Source of the DNA: Octopus sinensis
Lineage: Eukaryota
NCBI RefSeq assembly: GCF_006345805.1
Contig: NC_043012.1
Coordinates: forward strand, 26,102,001 to 26,166,000
DNA length: 64,000 nucleotides
Reading direction: 5' to 3'
Shown: positions 15,075-28,688 of the stretch, one piece after another
How positions within the stretch are numbered: the stretch's first letter is position 1
How the letters are laid out: each line of letters starts with the position of its first letter
The notes under the pieces: model-generated
What the model was told of the DNA's origin: nothing
The model's input: the letters and a program-made list of their open reading frames with translations, nothing else
Database searches by the model: none
Position numbers and translations under genes: made by a program

Positions 15075-15114
15075 AATAATAGTAATAGTAGTAATAATAA
15101 CAACAACAACAACT

Positions 15115-15146
<32 letters not shown>

Positions 15147-15158
15147 AATAATAATAAC

Positions 15159-15190
<32 letters not shown>

Positions 15191-15510
15191 TAATAATAAT
15201 AATAATAATAATAATATAATAATAATAATAGTAATAATAATAATAATGATAATAATAATGATAATAATAATGACGACGACGATGATGATGGTTATGGTGA
15301 CACTGATGGTGATGATGGTGATGATGATGACGACGATGATGATGATGATAATGATTCTTTAAGAACAATAATTGTAGTAGAAGTAGTAAAAAAATGACAA
15401 TAATAAAATAATAATAATAATAATATAATAACAACAACAACAACAACAACAATAACAATAATAATAATAAAAATAATGATAATAATAACAACAACAACAA
15501 CAACAACAAC

Positions 15511-15560
<50 letters not shown>

Positions 15561-15813
15561 TAACAACGACAACAGCAGCAGCAACAGTAGCTACAACAAC
15601 AACAACAACAATAGTAATAATACTAAACATGAAATGACCAAAAAAAAACAACAAAAAAGATTAAAGAAAACAAAGACACAATAACTTGGTATTCTGTGTC
15701 TTTAATGCACCATTGTAATTTTTGAAAATTTTGTTTCAAAGCTCTTACGATTTTTGTTTTTATATTTATCGCCATCATTGTTATTGCCGTACGGCACATT
15801 ACTCATTAATACT

Positions 15814-15881
<68 letters not shown>

Positions 15882-15918
15882 GCATTATTATTATTCAGTA
15901 GTCTTACTTTTGCTGTTA

Positions 15919-15966
<48 letters not shown>

Positions 15967-16150
15967 GCTTTATTGTTGCATTCTTATATTCTAAATGTCT
16001 TTATTAACACTACTCTTGCCATTGTCTCAACCATCCTTTTCATTATCATCACCAACATCATCATCATCATCATTACCATCGTTATCATCAGTATCATCAA
16101 CAGCATCATTATCGTCAACATCCTCATCATCGACGTTATCATCGTCCTAG
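15075..16150. repeat. Compound trinucleotide arrays (AAT/AAC/GAT, then TTA/CAT)
   Basis: Direct reading. Other trinucleotide arrays: 9795-9960 (CTA/CTG), 19090-19275 (GAA), 44940-45180 (ACC), 51920-52192 (TTA/TAG), 63310-63420. Confidence 0.96.
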
Positions 16151-16298
16151 GCTCTTCTTAGATTTTTGTGTCTTTTAAAAATTTCCACATTCTTTCACTG
16201 ATGTGACGAAAACAATGAAATATTCGTTGTCTTCCACGGCGTTGGTATATTCTTTTTGGTTTCTGTTTAATTTTTGTTTATCATCCTTCAATTTTACA

Positions 16299-16354
<56 letters not shown>

Positions 16355-17048
16355 CACACACACACACACACGCACGCACACACGCACACAAGCACATATA
16401 CAGTATGTCTCTTTCTGTCGTCTGCTCTCTTCCAGTTTTTGTTTTCGTTTTTTTTTTTCATCGTTTTTCTTATATGTTGCTATTTTATTAATAAAGAAAA
16501 TTGGAAAACATTTGTTTTACAAAATTTTTATGTCCAGGGATTGGAAGTCTGATTAAAAACGTATTGAATCTAAGTGAGAGTTCACTGAGTACATTTCCAC
16601 GTCAAAATTTTAGACGTAAACACAAATCATAAAGTGATATCTTCACATTCAACTCATCTCATTTTTGATTGGTTCACGCTCACAACTGAAACAGTCCATC
16701 TATTGGTTGCTTCACTAAGCATTCTCCATTTGCGAAACAGCCAAAAGGTATATCAGTATGTATATGTACATGTGTGGATATATGAGTATGTGTGTGGGGG
16801 TCTCATGTGCTTGTGTTGTGTGTGTGTGAGAATGTTATTGTTTGGGTGTGGAACAGTCACGACTTTAGAAACTTCAGTACAAATATATACAATAGAGTGG
16901 TCACGAAAGAAATACGATAAATAATCAAATAAAAGAAACACCGTTTCATGGTGTGTATGCATATATGTATGTATGCATGTATATATATGTATTTATACGT
17001 AGATATAGAGATCGAGAAAGATAGATACACGCATATATACTCCGTGTG

Positions 17049-17083
<35 letters not shown>

Positions 17084-17140
17084 CCACACCCACATACGAG
17101 AGTACACTTAAAAAGATATATGCGCGTGTGTGTGAATATA

Positions 17141-17345
17141 TACGAGTAGGTGTTGAAAAGTACTTGGCTTTAAGGTTATCACGAAGGTCGGGTAACACCC
17201 CAAATTTTTAGTTGTTTTACCAGGGCTTAGGAAAACTACAGAAGCCACACAAATAAGTCTCTGATTCTGGTAGGGGAATATGTTGGATAAAACCTTAACT
17301 AATCCTGGTGTATTTTCTTTTAGCCAAGGCCAGGACTTTTCAGCA
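17141..17345 (+). mobile_element. Mariner-derived MITE, copy 1
   Basis: TIR-like ends tacgagtaggtgttgaaaagtacttggctt / aggccaggacttttcagca. The interior retains the transposase end QGLGKLQ..NK.L.L.GEYV.*. Confidence 0.7.
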
Positions 17346-17420
17346 GATTCAGCATATAATACATACAGACATACATACATATATATATATATATATAATA
17401 TAATATATATATATTCTATA

Positions 17421-17453
<33 letters not shown>

Positions 17454-17529
17454 TATTATACTATATATACACCCACACCCACATACGAGAGTACACTTAA
17501 AAAGATATATGCGCGTGTGTGTGAATATA

Positions 17530-17736
17530 TACGAGTAGGTGTTGAAAAGTACTTGGCTTTAAGGTTATCACGAAAGGTCGGGTTAACACCCCAAATTTTT
17601 AGTTGTTTTACAGGGCTTAGGAAAACTACAGAACCCACACAAATAAGTCTCTGATTCTGGTAGGGGAATATGTTGGATAAAACCTTAACTAATCCTGGTG
17701 TATTTTCTTTTAGCCAAGGCCAGGAACTTTTCAGCA
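17530..17736 (+). mobile_element. Mariner-derived MITE, copy 2 (tandem duplicate, period 389 bp)
   Basis: Nearly identical to 17141-17345, including the upstream flank cacccacacccacatacgagagtacac. Confidence 0.7.
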
Positions 17737-17752
17737 ATATATATACATACAG

Positions 17753-17784
<32 letters not shown>

Positions 17785-17813
17785 CTATATATATATATAT
17801 ATGTGTGTGTGTG

Positions 17814-17852
<39 letters not shown>

Positions 17853-18546
17853 TAAACAGTAAAAATAATTACGACATGGACAAAACATGAAACACCACAG
17901 AGACGACACAAGAACCACAGGACGGGACATTCGAAGCCCTCAGTCATCAGTCAAGAACCAGATCATCTTAGCAATTTCGGCTGATTAATCTTGAGATTGC
18001 TCCGATATGGGCAGCCCGCCATGGGAATCTAAGCCAAGCGCATTAGATCCCATGGAAGAAAGCTTCGAATGTATACAACACGAGGACGGAAAACGAACGA
18101 AGTACACGAACAAAAATACAGAATACGTGACACCAATAAGAATACAAAAAACGTAAAAACAATAACGGTAAAAATAAAAAACAGAACAAAACCAGGACGT
18201 AGGACAAGGGTCTTTCGACAGGACGAGTTGAGTTTGGGGCTGGCTATGAAGTTGTGCCTAATGGCCGCAGGGAGACGAACAAATACGTGTTGCTTCGGCG
18301 ACTGCTGGAACGAAAAGAGCGCTCAACAGTGGCTAGCGGTCACGTGAGAACAAAAGACAGGAGAAAGGGACAGATGAAAAGAGAGAGAAGGTGGACGAGG
18401 GAGGAGAAGAAAGAGACAGATCGAGGAGGCTGGAGGTGAGAGAGATAGAGAAACGTAGAAGGAGGGGGGGGGGGGGAACGGATGGAGAGGGAAAGAAAGG
18501 AAGGGGAATAAGGGAGGAGATATATATATATATATATATATATAAA

Positions 18547-18776
18547 GGCGGCGAGCTGGCAGAACCGTTGGCACGCCGGACGAAATGTGTAGCCGTATTT
18601 CGTCTGCCATTACGTCCTGAGTTGAAATTCCGCCGAGGTCGACTTTGCCTTTCATCCTTTCGGGGTCGATAAATAAAGTACCAGTTTCGCACTGGGGTCG
18701 ATGTAATCGACCTAATCCGTTTGTCTTTCCTTGTTTGTCCCCTTTGTATTTAGCCCCTTGTGGACAGTAAAGAAAT
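18547..18776 (+). mobile_element. tRNA-derived SINE family A (ggcggcgagctggcagaa...), full copy
   Basis: A-box-like tggcagaa..gtt and B-box-like gagttgaaattcc. The body gtcgactttgcctttcatcctttcggggtcgat is shared with many copies. Confidence 0.88.
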
Positions 18777-18863
18777 ATATATATATGTATATATATTATA
18801 TATATATATATATACACATATATATATATATATATATAGATATATATATATATATATATACAC

Positions 18864-18895
<32 letters not shown>

Positions 18896-18933
18896 CACAC
18901 ACATATATATATACACATATACATATATATATA

Positions 18934-18999
<66 letters not shown>

Positions 19000-20544
19000 A
19001 TATATCGTGTGTGACGTGTACGCGAGTATCTTGTCACTTACGGAGTGTTTAACTCTATATTCTGGATTCAGATCATTCTCTTCAGAAAAAGAGAATTGAA
19101 GCAGTAGTATAAAGAAGAAAAGAAGAAAAGAAGAAGAAGAAGCAGAAGAAGAAGAAGAAGAAAGAAGAAGAATAAGAAGAAGAAGAAGAAGAAGAAGAGA
19201 AGAAGAAGAAGAAGAAGAAGAAGAAGAAGAAGAAGAAGAAGAAGAAGAAGAAGAAGAAGAAGAAGAAGAAGAAGATTTTTCGTGATATCTTCACCTCAGA
19301 ACCCGGTCATATGTCACTGCAACCATAGCGACTTGCCAACAATCAACGTCATACAAATTTCTCTAATATGCAGCACAGTTTATTGAAATTAAAAATCCAC
19401 TCCCTTGACAATAACGTATAAAAAAGATTCAAGCAGAATGCGAGTTGAAGGCAACAGTAACCTTAAAACACGTAAAATCCAATTCTATCAGCTGTGAAAA
19501 AGCTGTAGGACTACAATCAAAACAAATGAGATAGTTGAACATGATATTCCGCTGTCCATCTTTTGCCAATTCTGAAAAACATTCGACAACTAACTATGTC
19601 GACCCCTCACGAAATTTTCCGAAGTCCTGTAACCAATTGTGATACATGACAAAGGCAGGGTTAGAATTTTTTTTCAGATGTACATGTCCAAACTGAGGAC
19701 GAGATAAAAAAAAATATCTAGATTTAATAATAAGAGAGTAGAAACAGGAAGTTGTTTATATACTGACTGGTATACATCTGTGTTCCATCTGACCAAAAAT
19801 ATATTCCGAATGATTGAGATTTGTTAAAATACATCTTGAAATAGGAACGCACAGGATTTCGAGTCCGTAAGAAAAAACACATCCTGCTAGCAATATATAT
19901 TGTATATAAAGTGTACATCATCTCAGCGATGACAAGCTGAAGGAGGATCTGCCTGGGGTTAAACTAATAGTAACATGGAACAGCTACTTTGATGGGGTGA
20001 TTGATTTTACTTGTTGCTATAGTTACTATTATGATCTCTTCTTAAGATTTTACACCTTGCTATTTTACTTGTTGCCGATGGTCACCTTGTTTGCTATTTA
20101 TTCCTGGTTGGAGCAGAACATGGCTATCGCTCTAGCAACCAGGTGTTCGCGACTGAGGATCGGTGGTGTGGTGGTGGTGGTGGAGGTTTTTTTGTGTTGG
20201 CGGCTTGCAGGTGGTGGTAGTAAGTTGATAATGAAAAGTATTTTTCTTATTGAACTCTTGAGTAATTATTTATCGTCTGCTCGCTTCAAAATTCATATTT
20301 ATTTATAAGGTTCAATTTAGACTGAACTATGGATTCGCAAGAGAGATTGCTGAAAGCTGCTCGAGAAAGAATACGCAGGAATACAGCATGGATAAGAGAG
20401 GAACAATAACAAGATATAATAAAAAGAGATAAAAGAACATTATACAAATGTAAGTCCTCCTTCCTTCAATAGGTCTTTTAAAAATATTTTTCATTTTGTA
20501 GAATTCACACGGTTCACAGTAGTTCATAATAGTTGGATAGAAAC

Positions 20545-20640
20545 AAAATGAGGAAAACGTTACCAAAACTAACAACGGTAGAAGAAGTCCGACATATGGC
20601 TCTCATCTCAACGGCTCACATCCTTGCATAAAATATTAAG
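20545..20640 (+). pseudogene. R4/Dong C-terminal remnant
   Basis: EEVRHMALISTAHIL(fs)KIL resembles KEIQKIVLTSTAHILRKTL of the Dong ORF. Confidence 0.45.
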
Positions 20641-20673
20641 AATACATCTGAACTACACAGAGCAGATTATAAG

Positions 20674-20993
20674 ACTCCGCCGGTTACGACGACGAGGGTC
20701 CCAGCTGATACGATCAACGGAACAGCTTGCTCGTGAAATTAACGTGCAAATGGCTGAGCATTCCACAGACACGTGTACCCTTAACGTGGTTCTCGGGGAT
20801 AATCAGCGTGAGACAGAGAGTGACAAGGCTGACCCTTTGAAATACAAGTACAACTCATTTTTGCCAGCTGAATGGACTGGAGCAACGTGAAATAAAGTGT
20901 CTTGCTCAAGGACACAACGCGTCGCCGGGAATCGAACTCACAACCTTACGATCATGAGCCGAATGCCCTAACCACTAAGCCACGCGCCCTCAC
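20674..20993 (-). mobile_element. SINE family C
   Basis: A box tggcttagtgg, B box gagttcgattcc, tail ccctcgtcgtcgtaaccggcggagt. Confidence 0.82.
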
Positions 20994-21177
20994 ACACAGA
21001 GCAGATAGAAAAAGATCAAAGGAGATTATCCAGGTGTAATTATCAGTACACCGTCGTATGCGAATCAGACAAAATAAAAACGGACAAATTTAAGAAAATT
21101 ATTCATTGATTAAAAAAAAGAACATTCTGTAACACCCAAGTTCACTAATGATTATTTAATCTTGAACACTGATAAAA

Positions 21178-21225
<48 letters not shown>

Positions 21226-21539
21226 AAGTACAAATATACACGCGCGCACGCACAAACACACTCACATAAGTATGTATATGTATATATTTTTTTGTAGTCA
21301 GTGTATTCGATGTTTCACATCAGTCACTTTACTGTATATAATTATACATGTGCGTGTGTGTCTGTGTGTTTGTGTACGTGTTTGTGTGTATGTGTTTGTG
21401 TGTATGAATGGATGTATGTATGTGTGTGTATATGTATATAGACTAACAGTATGATTAATTTTTATATGTAGAAGAATAAGTTAAAGGATTTTTTATATTT
21501 ATCCTTAGAAATCCCAGTGTAATAAAGAAAATTAAACAT

Positions 21540-21900
21540 TTTCCCATCGAAGTCGGATGTAGAGGGTTTGTAGGACACAGCGTGAGACGACTGTTGTTAT
21601 CGTTAGGCCTAACTCATCGTAAAGTCAATATCACCATGACTGATATCCAATCTACAGTGGAGAAGGCTAGCCACTGGATTTGGTTAAAAAGAGACGATGA
21701 GCGATGGCTAGAAGTATATTGAGTTCTTCATAACCAGCTGATCTAGCAAGCGGGGCCTCATATCAGTGAGGGGGGGGGGGCGGTACGCATTGATGCCGTC
21801 GAGAGGTAGGCCCCGAAACGGCGCGCATTCTCTCCTGATGACCCCATACACTTGCTAGCTTCCGATATACGGAGCTTTTAACTGGTAGCACTTGCATGTG
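21540..21900 (+). mobile_element. 3' fragment of a HERO/NeSL-like REL-endonuclease LINE (ORF end 21540-21722 + 3' UTR)
   Basis: Translation FPIEVGCRGFVGHSVRRLLLSLGL...STVEKASHWIWLKRDDERWLEVY* matches the PIEVGCRGF...AEKASxWLW C-terminus typical of HERO-type elements. Confidence 0.8.
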
Positions 21901-22264
21901 CAAGTTGTTTGCAAGACAACATCTATGAGGTTATAATTAAGACAAATGAAGATATCCATCGTTCCTTGGGTTCTCAATTCCTGCCAGATATGTAGATGTT
22001 TTGTCATGATATTCTGCGTGTCTTTGGCATTTTAAATTTTGAGGAGTTCTCCCGGCTTCTCTAGATTTTAACTCAGCTAATTTTCCCAAAACTGGAAGAG
22101 AGAAAAGTGACAAAGTAAGAAAGAGGAATCAAGACCCGTATCATAACCCAAAAGATAAAAGGCAAAAGAAACCGCGTTGGAATTTGAACGCATAGAATAA
22201 TTAGTCGAACGAATACCATCATGGATCTTAATTGGGTGTCCATTGCGTTAGAAACCTTAAACCT

Positions 22265-22493
22265 ATTTCTTTACTACCCACAAGGGGCTAAATACAGAGA
22301 GGACAAACAAGGACAGACAAACGGATTAAGTCGATTATATCGACCCCAGTGCGTAACTGGTACTTATTTAATCGACCCCGAAAGGATGAAAGGCAAAGTC
22401 GACCTCGGCGAATTTGAACTCAGAACGTAACGGCAGACGAAATACGGCTACGCATTTCGCCCGGCGTGCTAACGTTTCTGCCAGCTCGCCGCC
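22265..22493 (-). mobile_element. SINE family A, full copy
   Basis: Reverse complement closely matches 18547-18776. Confidence 0.88.
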
Positions 22494-22785
22494 TTAAACC
22501 GGTTGGTACCATTTGAAGCTTGGATTGTTATTGTCGCTTGTTACCGGATAGCACCAGGAAATTGACTTCGATAAGTTTATCGTTTGTGAAGTGGAAGTAG
22601 TCACGCGCACATTGAAATGCAGTAAAACATCCTTCAAGTGCATCATTTGTGACTGATTTAATGGGGATTATGACGAGAATCGACAAGAGTCCAAATACTT
22701 TGTATATTTCGCCGCTGTTCACGTGCGTTCCAATTTGTACAGCAGTTCGGTGATGATGGTAGAAATAATAATTTTTGTCTTTTAT

Positions 22786-23168
22786 GTTTTACTTGTTTCA
22801 GTCATTAGACTGCGGCCTTGCTGGGGCACCATCTTGAACAATTTGTTTTAGTCGAAGGAGTCGACCTTAGTACTTTTTTGTGTGTTAAGCCTGGTACTTA
22901 TTCTGTCGGTCTCTTTTGCCGAATCACTAAGTCACGGGGACGTAAACACACCAACATCGGTTGTCAAGCGGTGAATGGGAATAAACACATACACATAAGC
23001 ACACACGCATAAATGCATGTTTAGAGGATGAGCGTCTTTCAATTTCCGTCTACAATATCCACTCACAAGGTTTGGGTCGGCCCGAGGCTATAGGTAACAC
23101 TTTCAAATGCGCCACACAGTGGGACTGAACCCGGAACCATGTGAGTAGGAAGAAAGCCTCTTACCACA
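22786..23168 (-). mobile_element. SINE family B
   Basis: ttttacttgtttcagtcattagactgcggcc...gtgggactgaacccggaaccatgtg. Confidence 0.85.
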
Positions 23169-24959
23169 TTCAATTACTTTTTTTCAAAATCATCAATAAT
23201 TTTGTAATGAGGTAACGACAGATAAAGCTAGCATCATCTTGCACTTTTAGATGAATTTGCCTTTTTATTACGATTCACATCAACAAACGTGGCTGGTGGA
23301 ATCTTTATACAAATGCATTGAGTGAAATCAAACACGAACTCAACGATGGGAAGTTGCTGATCGAAGACACTATAACAAAATTAGTTTCTCCTTGTCGTGT
23401 ATGCCATTTCAGGTATTTTTTCTATTTGCAACTTCCGTTTTATTTTTTATTTACGAAACCTGTAGGCCATTGCTAATAACGTGCAACTCCTTTTAGCATA
23501 AATTGCTGCAAAATAAGAGGAGAGATGAGGTAGAATTTGAGCGTCTTAACAAAAGTCTAAGTACTATTATTGCTTAAATGTGAGAAATTTCATCTGTACT
23601 AAGAACGAAAAATATATTAGATCCATAAGATTCATCATTCCAATGTAAAGTTTTAACAAATGATTTAGAAAGCCCGCTTACATTTACTGTGAAAGTTATG
23701 GCTGCAATGTTGAATATAAATTCCTTTGATGTTTCCAGAATTTATGATAGAGCAAATATTGTGATTTGTCTGTATTGTAGTAGATGGAGATTAGGTATAT
23801 TCGTCGTAAATATTGGATAAGGTGCTTTTCCTTATTTGTTCCTTCTCGGTGTTCCCTTGAGTTTATATCACAAAGAGTTTAACCCAGTTTAGGGTACTCG
23901 ACAACAGCTGCCAAATTCGTTCATTTCTCCCTTACTCTTTCTCAGTATATCTTAAAACATTGACTAACTTTATGCAATGGAATGTTCTGTACTTTTATTA
24001 TATGCCTTTGAAGTTTTCTTGCTGTTGTTTGCGATTTGTTGACAGGCAGTTTACTCTTTATTCAATTATGCTTGTTGTATTGTTATTATCATTTACTTCT
24101 GTCAACCCGTTCATTACTTCTATGCATACGGCCTCAAATTTATATCTTTATGCAGTAATAAGATTTGATGCTATTTTTGAAGTCGTTCTTTTGTTGTTGT
24201 TATCAAACAGATAGGCAAAACTATCCACCGATTTTGCGCAGTTTCTCCATCTGACATCTATATTTCATTCTCATAAAATGACAAAATATTCAAGCTGTCT
24301 TGATTTATTATTAATAACGACAAGAAGCAACAGATATTAGCTCAGCAGAAAAAAAAAATAACATGTCGAGAAATATATAGCAGAAACCATATAGAAATAT
24401 AAAAAGCAGCATGTTATTGGTGCTCTGATAACGTTCGTTTGTTCTGGCATTCTTTTGTTCTGATGTTCTTTTGTCATTTCCTCTTTTGTCGGGCGCTTTC
24501 TTGTCTAACGCACACATGTCGTCTTCTTCTTAGAGACCAAACACACCTTATGGGTAATACTATTAAAACAATCTATGCAAGATACATTCTATTCAATAAC
24601 ATATATCACGCTGCACTCAGTTTGCACAACTCACGTATCATATATTCAATATAAACACTACTCGATATTACAATTCAATGCATACAACAAATATTCTATA
24701 AAACCAACATCAGATGAAATAATACAAATCGTACAATACCTACCTCAGGGAACCGCATGGAAGCTTCGCACTTTATACGGGCATAATGGATGAAATATTG
24801 GATAAAGTACTTTGAGTTACTGCTTGCTACTCTCTGTGATTTCAGATCAAATCCTGCCGATTTAAACTTGGTTTTAGTTTTCTTCGATTGTCAAACTATT
24901 AATCACTGGCTCTTTTAATTTTACTTTACTCGTCTTTCAGATTCAGTCTTTATCTGTCT

Positions 24960-25062
24960 ATCAATTTCTATGTACTGCATTTTAATTCTATCTCACTTTC
25001 CCCTTCTCTGTCTACTTCTTTCTCTGTCTATTTCTTTCTCTGTCTATTTCTTTCTCTCTCTC

Positions 25063-25095
<33 letters not shown>

Positions 25096-25480
25096 ATCTA
25101 TCAATCTATCTATCTCTATATCTGTCTCTTTTTCGTCCTCCCTGCCTGTCTGTCTGTCCCACTTTTTCTTTCTCTCTCTGTCTCTCCCCTCTATTTCTCC
25201 CTCTCTCTTTCTCTCTAGCTCTACCCCTCTCCCTCTTTCTTTCTCTCTCTCTCAATCTATCTATATATCTCTCTCTCTCTGTCTCTTTTCTCTCTGTATC
25301 GGTCTATCTGTCTCTCTCTCTCTTTCTGTCCCCCCCTGTTGCTCTCTCTCTATCTATCTATCTATCTAGCTCTCTCACCCACTCTCCCTCTTTCTCTTTT
25401 TCTCTCTAACTCTACCTGTCCCCTCTCCCTCTTTCTCTCTCTCTCTGTCTCTATCTGTCTGTCTACCCCTTCTCTCTCTT
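24960..25480. repeat. Polypyrimidine (CT)n-rich tract
   Basis: About 500 bp almost entirely C/T on the plus strand. Confidence 0.95.
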
Positions 25481-25589
25481 GAAATCGGTTATGTTCAGGT
25501 GCAAAAACTGATCGCGACGCATACAACCCTAGCATTCATTACTCTTCAAATGGAGAATTGATTCGCTCGATTCTAAGTACCTCTCCATT

Positions 25590-25975
25590 GTTTCCTACAT
25601 ATCCCAGCATGTAACCTTCCTAATGTTCTTCACAGGGCTGACAAGGGGTTCACTGTCAGTGAAAACAAGATCAGAACAAAAATATTACCCCGGAATATGC
25701 CTGCTGCGAATCTAATTCCCTGTGTAACAAGGCTATTGTTTTAGTAGCTTTAGTGATAAATATGTTGACCATGTTGTGGTCAGCAGTCGAATGGTAGCCA
25801 TTCTAATATCCGTGAGTGACGTGTAGCCTAGTTATGTTAGGAGCTTATGCCAATTTTGCTTGGCTTCCTTAAGGACAGATTTGTTCATAAGGAGCTGCTT
25901 AGCACAGTGTTCTACGCTTGTCTTTCCTCCGGACTTTTCATCAGTTATGATACCATGCTTTCGGAAAGCGCCCGA
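25590..25975 (-). pseudogene. Old R4/Dong-type RT fragment
   Basis: Minus frames AFRKHGIITDEKSGGKTSVEHCAKQLLMNKSVLKEAK and GIRFAAGIFRGNIFVLILFSLTVNPLSAL align with the Dong ORF segments (AFLEQNSILPQAQKGCKRNSYGCKDQLLIN; KRG.FQGDSLSPLLFCMALIPLS). Confidence 0.7.
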
Positions 25976-26252
25976 CAAAAGAAGAAATGACAAAAGAATT
26001 TGTGTATAACCTTTTGTTAATATTCAAACATGCTATGGTCTAGTAGGTTTTAGCCACGCGTGTCATTTTGTTCTTAGACACACGAGTAGACCATGCAACT
26101 CTCGACCAAGCTCAGCGTCCAAAATATTTGTGTATGTATATATGCATGTATGTATGTTTGCGTGTACGTGTGTGTGCATATATGTATGTATGTATGTGCA
26201 AATTTGTATGTTTTATGTATGTATTCTCATGTATATAGTTGCATATCTAGAC

Positions 26253-26328
<76 letters not shown>

Positions 26329-26650
26329 ATAGGGTGTGGTTAATAATGTGTGAATGTATGTATGTATGTATGTATATATGTATGTATGTATGTATGTACA
26401 TCCCAACATATTTTTCTCTCACGGTTTTTTTTTTTCTTTCTCATCCATTTCGGTGGAAGAGTGTAGGCTCAAAACATCAAAGACCTTTTCATTTTTTCCG
26501 ATCATGAAATTAATACACTTATTCATTCTTCCCTCAACGGTCTCTGTCTTTTGTTCTCTTACATTTAAACCAAATGCTAACCGTGCGTTATCGGAATTTT
26601 TGAAAATGGCAAAGGGCACGGACCCAAAATAAAGACAACCGATTCAAATT

Positions 26651-26706
<56 letters not shown>

Positions 26707-28688
26707 TTATATATGTATATATATATGTAAATATATAAAAATATAAAAGTATATAAGTATATAAATATACAAAGATGTGAGAAAACATGGAAATCTAAAT
26801 ATAACTAAATAAAGATAAAGAAGCGAAAAAATAAAGACGAAAAACAAGGATAAAAATAAAAATAAAATATAAAGGGATAACGAAATATAAAGGGGTAAAG
26901 AAATAAAAGGGTGGACGTATAGATAAAGTCAGGTACAGAAAAGAATATTAAGGTTGGTGAAGCTTAAGGATGTACTGGTGGGTGTCATAAATTACGACTT
27001 AATTATCTGGGAACCAAGCGGATGGTCAATATAAGTTGTCTGCTCCAAGTTGGTGCATGGCTTATTTGTTTATTTGCTTTCTCATAAAATGTCTGGGATC
27101 GTATTGTTATCAGTCAACATGTACACACATACCTGCATGCATACATATACACACCCACACATATATATACATACACACACCCGTGTGAAAGTACCAACAG
27201 GGATACGCATATACATACATACCGCTACGCACAGATACTTAAACCCGTACAAACTAAATACATATATACATATACACACCTCTGCACACGAACCCGTATA
27301 CATATGAATACATACACACACGTACATATACCGAGCCCGCACGTCTACACACTTGTATACGTATATGCGTACATACATACATATCTCAATATACACATAC
27401 ATACAGAAAAAAGTGTATGTAGCTGGGTACAAGAACCCAGGCACATACGTACATACACACATACATAAGGAAGCAAATCTCCATGCATATACACATATAT
27501 ACATATATGCATATTTACATGTACACTCGCACATACACCCCCAAAAGAAACTAAGAAAAAATATATATACACCCGCACCCGTAGATACACCCACAGATAT
27601 GTAACTATACATACGCGTACACATCCATAGACCCACACATACAAAACCATATATATATATAATATATAATACATATACGCACATACATGCACACATGGAC
27701 ATATATATACTCATCCTTACACACATATATATGTGTGTATATGCATACATATACATATGTATAAGTACATGTGTACACATATACAGTGAAATCCATACAC
27801 GAACAAACACATGCATACACCGACATGTATGCGCCCGCAGAGGTTCATTCAAGTTCCTGCGCACACACACCTGTTTATATATGCATATACACACACGCTC
27901 TCACAGGTGCACGAGTACACATAAATACATATATACACGGACACCCCCAGATTCACGAACATAGGCATATGTACGTATATCCCCACATGCACGGAAGCAG
28001 GTATATCCATTCGCATGTCTACGCGCGTGAATGTGTATCTCTATGCACTCGGACAAGGAGGAACTAAGAATGCGCATACAAGTGTACATACGCATACAGA
28101 TATACCTACACACACACACACATAAGTGTACATACCTACACACATATGTATATATATATATACACACATACACGCACACATTTACAAACAGATACATATG
28201 CGTACCTGCGTACACATCCGTACAAACGTGTATATACGCCCACCACAACACGCACACACATGGACATACTCATATGCACATATATGCCCGTGCTCGCATA
28301 TACACGCACTTCCACACCTATACGTCCGAAGATTCATTCCTGCACACACGCAAAAGGAACCTACATATTCTAAATGTCCGTCTTAGACAGGGTGGTGTGA
28401 CGGTTATAAACCATATTTTTTTATATTTTTAAATTTTTACTCTGTTATTACATTTTGCATCTACTACTTCCCCTCTTTGTGATCCCAAAAGATTCACCCC
28501 CCTCCAACTCCTTCCCTCTTTATCTCAACATCCAACCTCCTCATTCTATATCGAGTGAAAAACGGTATGGACGCTTTGTTTTTGCTTTGGTGTCTCGCTC
28601 TGCTGTATACGAATATGGAGATTTGCATCCCCAACGAAAATCGTCTTTTTCTCAAACCTATAATGTAATACATGTACTTGGTGTGGTA

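Noticed and set aside
17930-18000. CTGATGA and GAAA motifs on the minus strand of an interspersed repeat
   Set aside because: Stem II cannot be formed in the right register and the second core reads GAAT; no hammerhead topology fits.
27082-27894. 270 aa minus-strand ORF
   Set aside because: Composition (C, V, Y, M, I) reflects alternating purine-pyrimidine DNA; no domain is recognisable.
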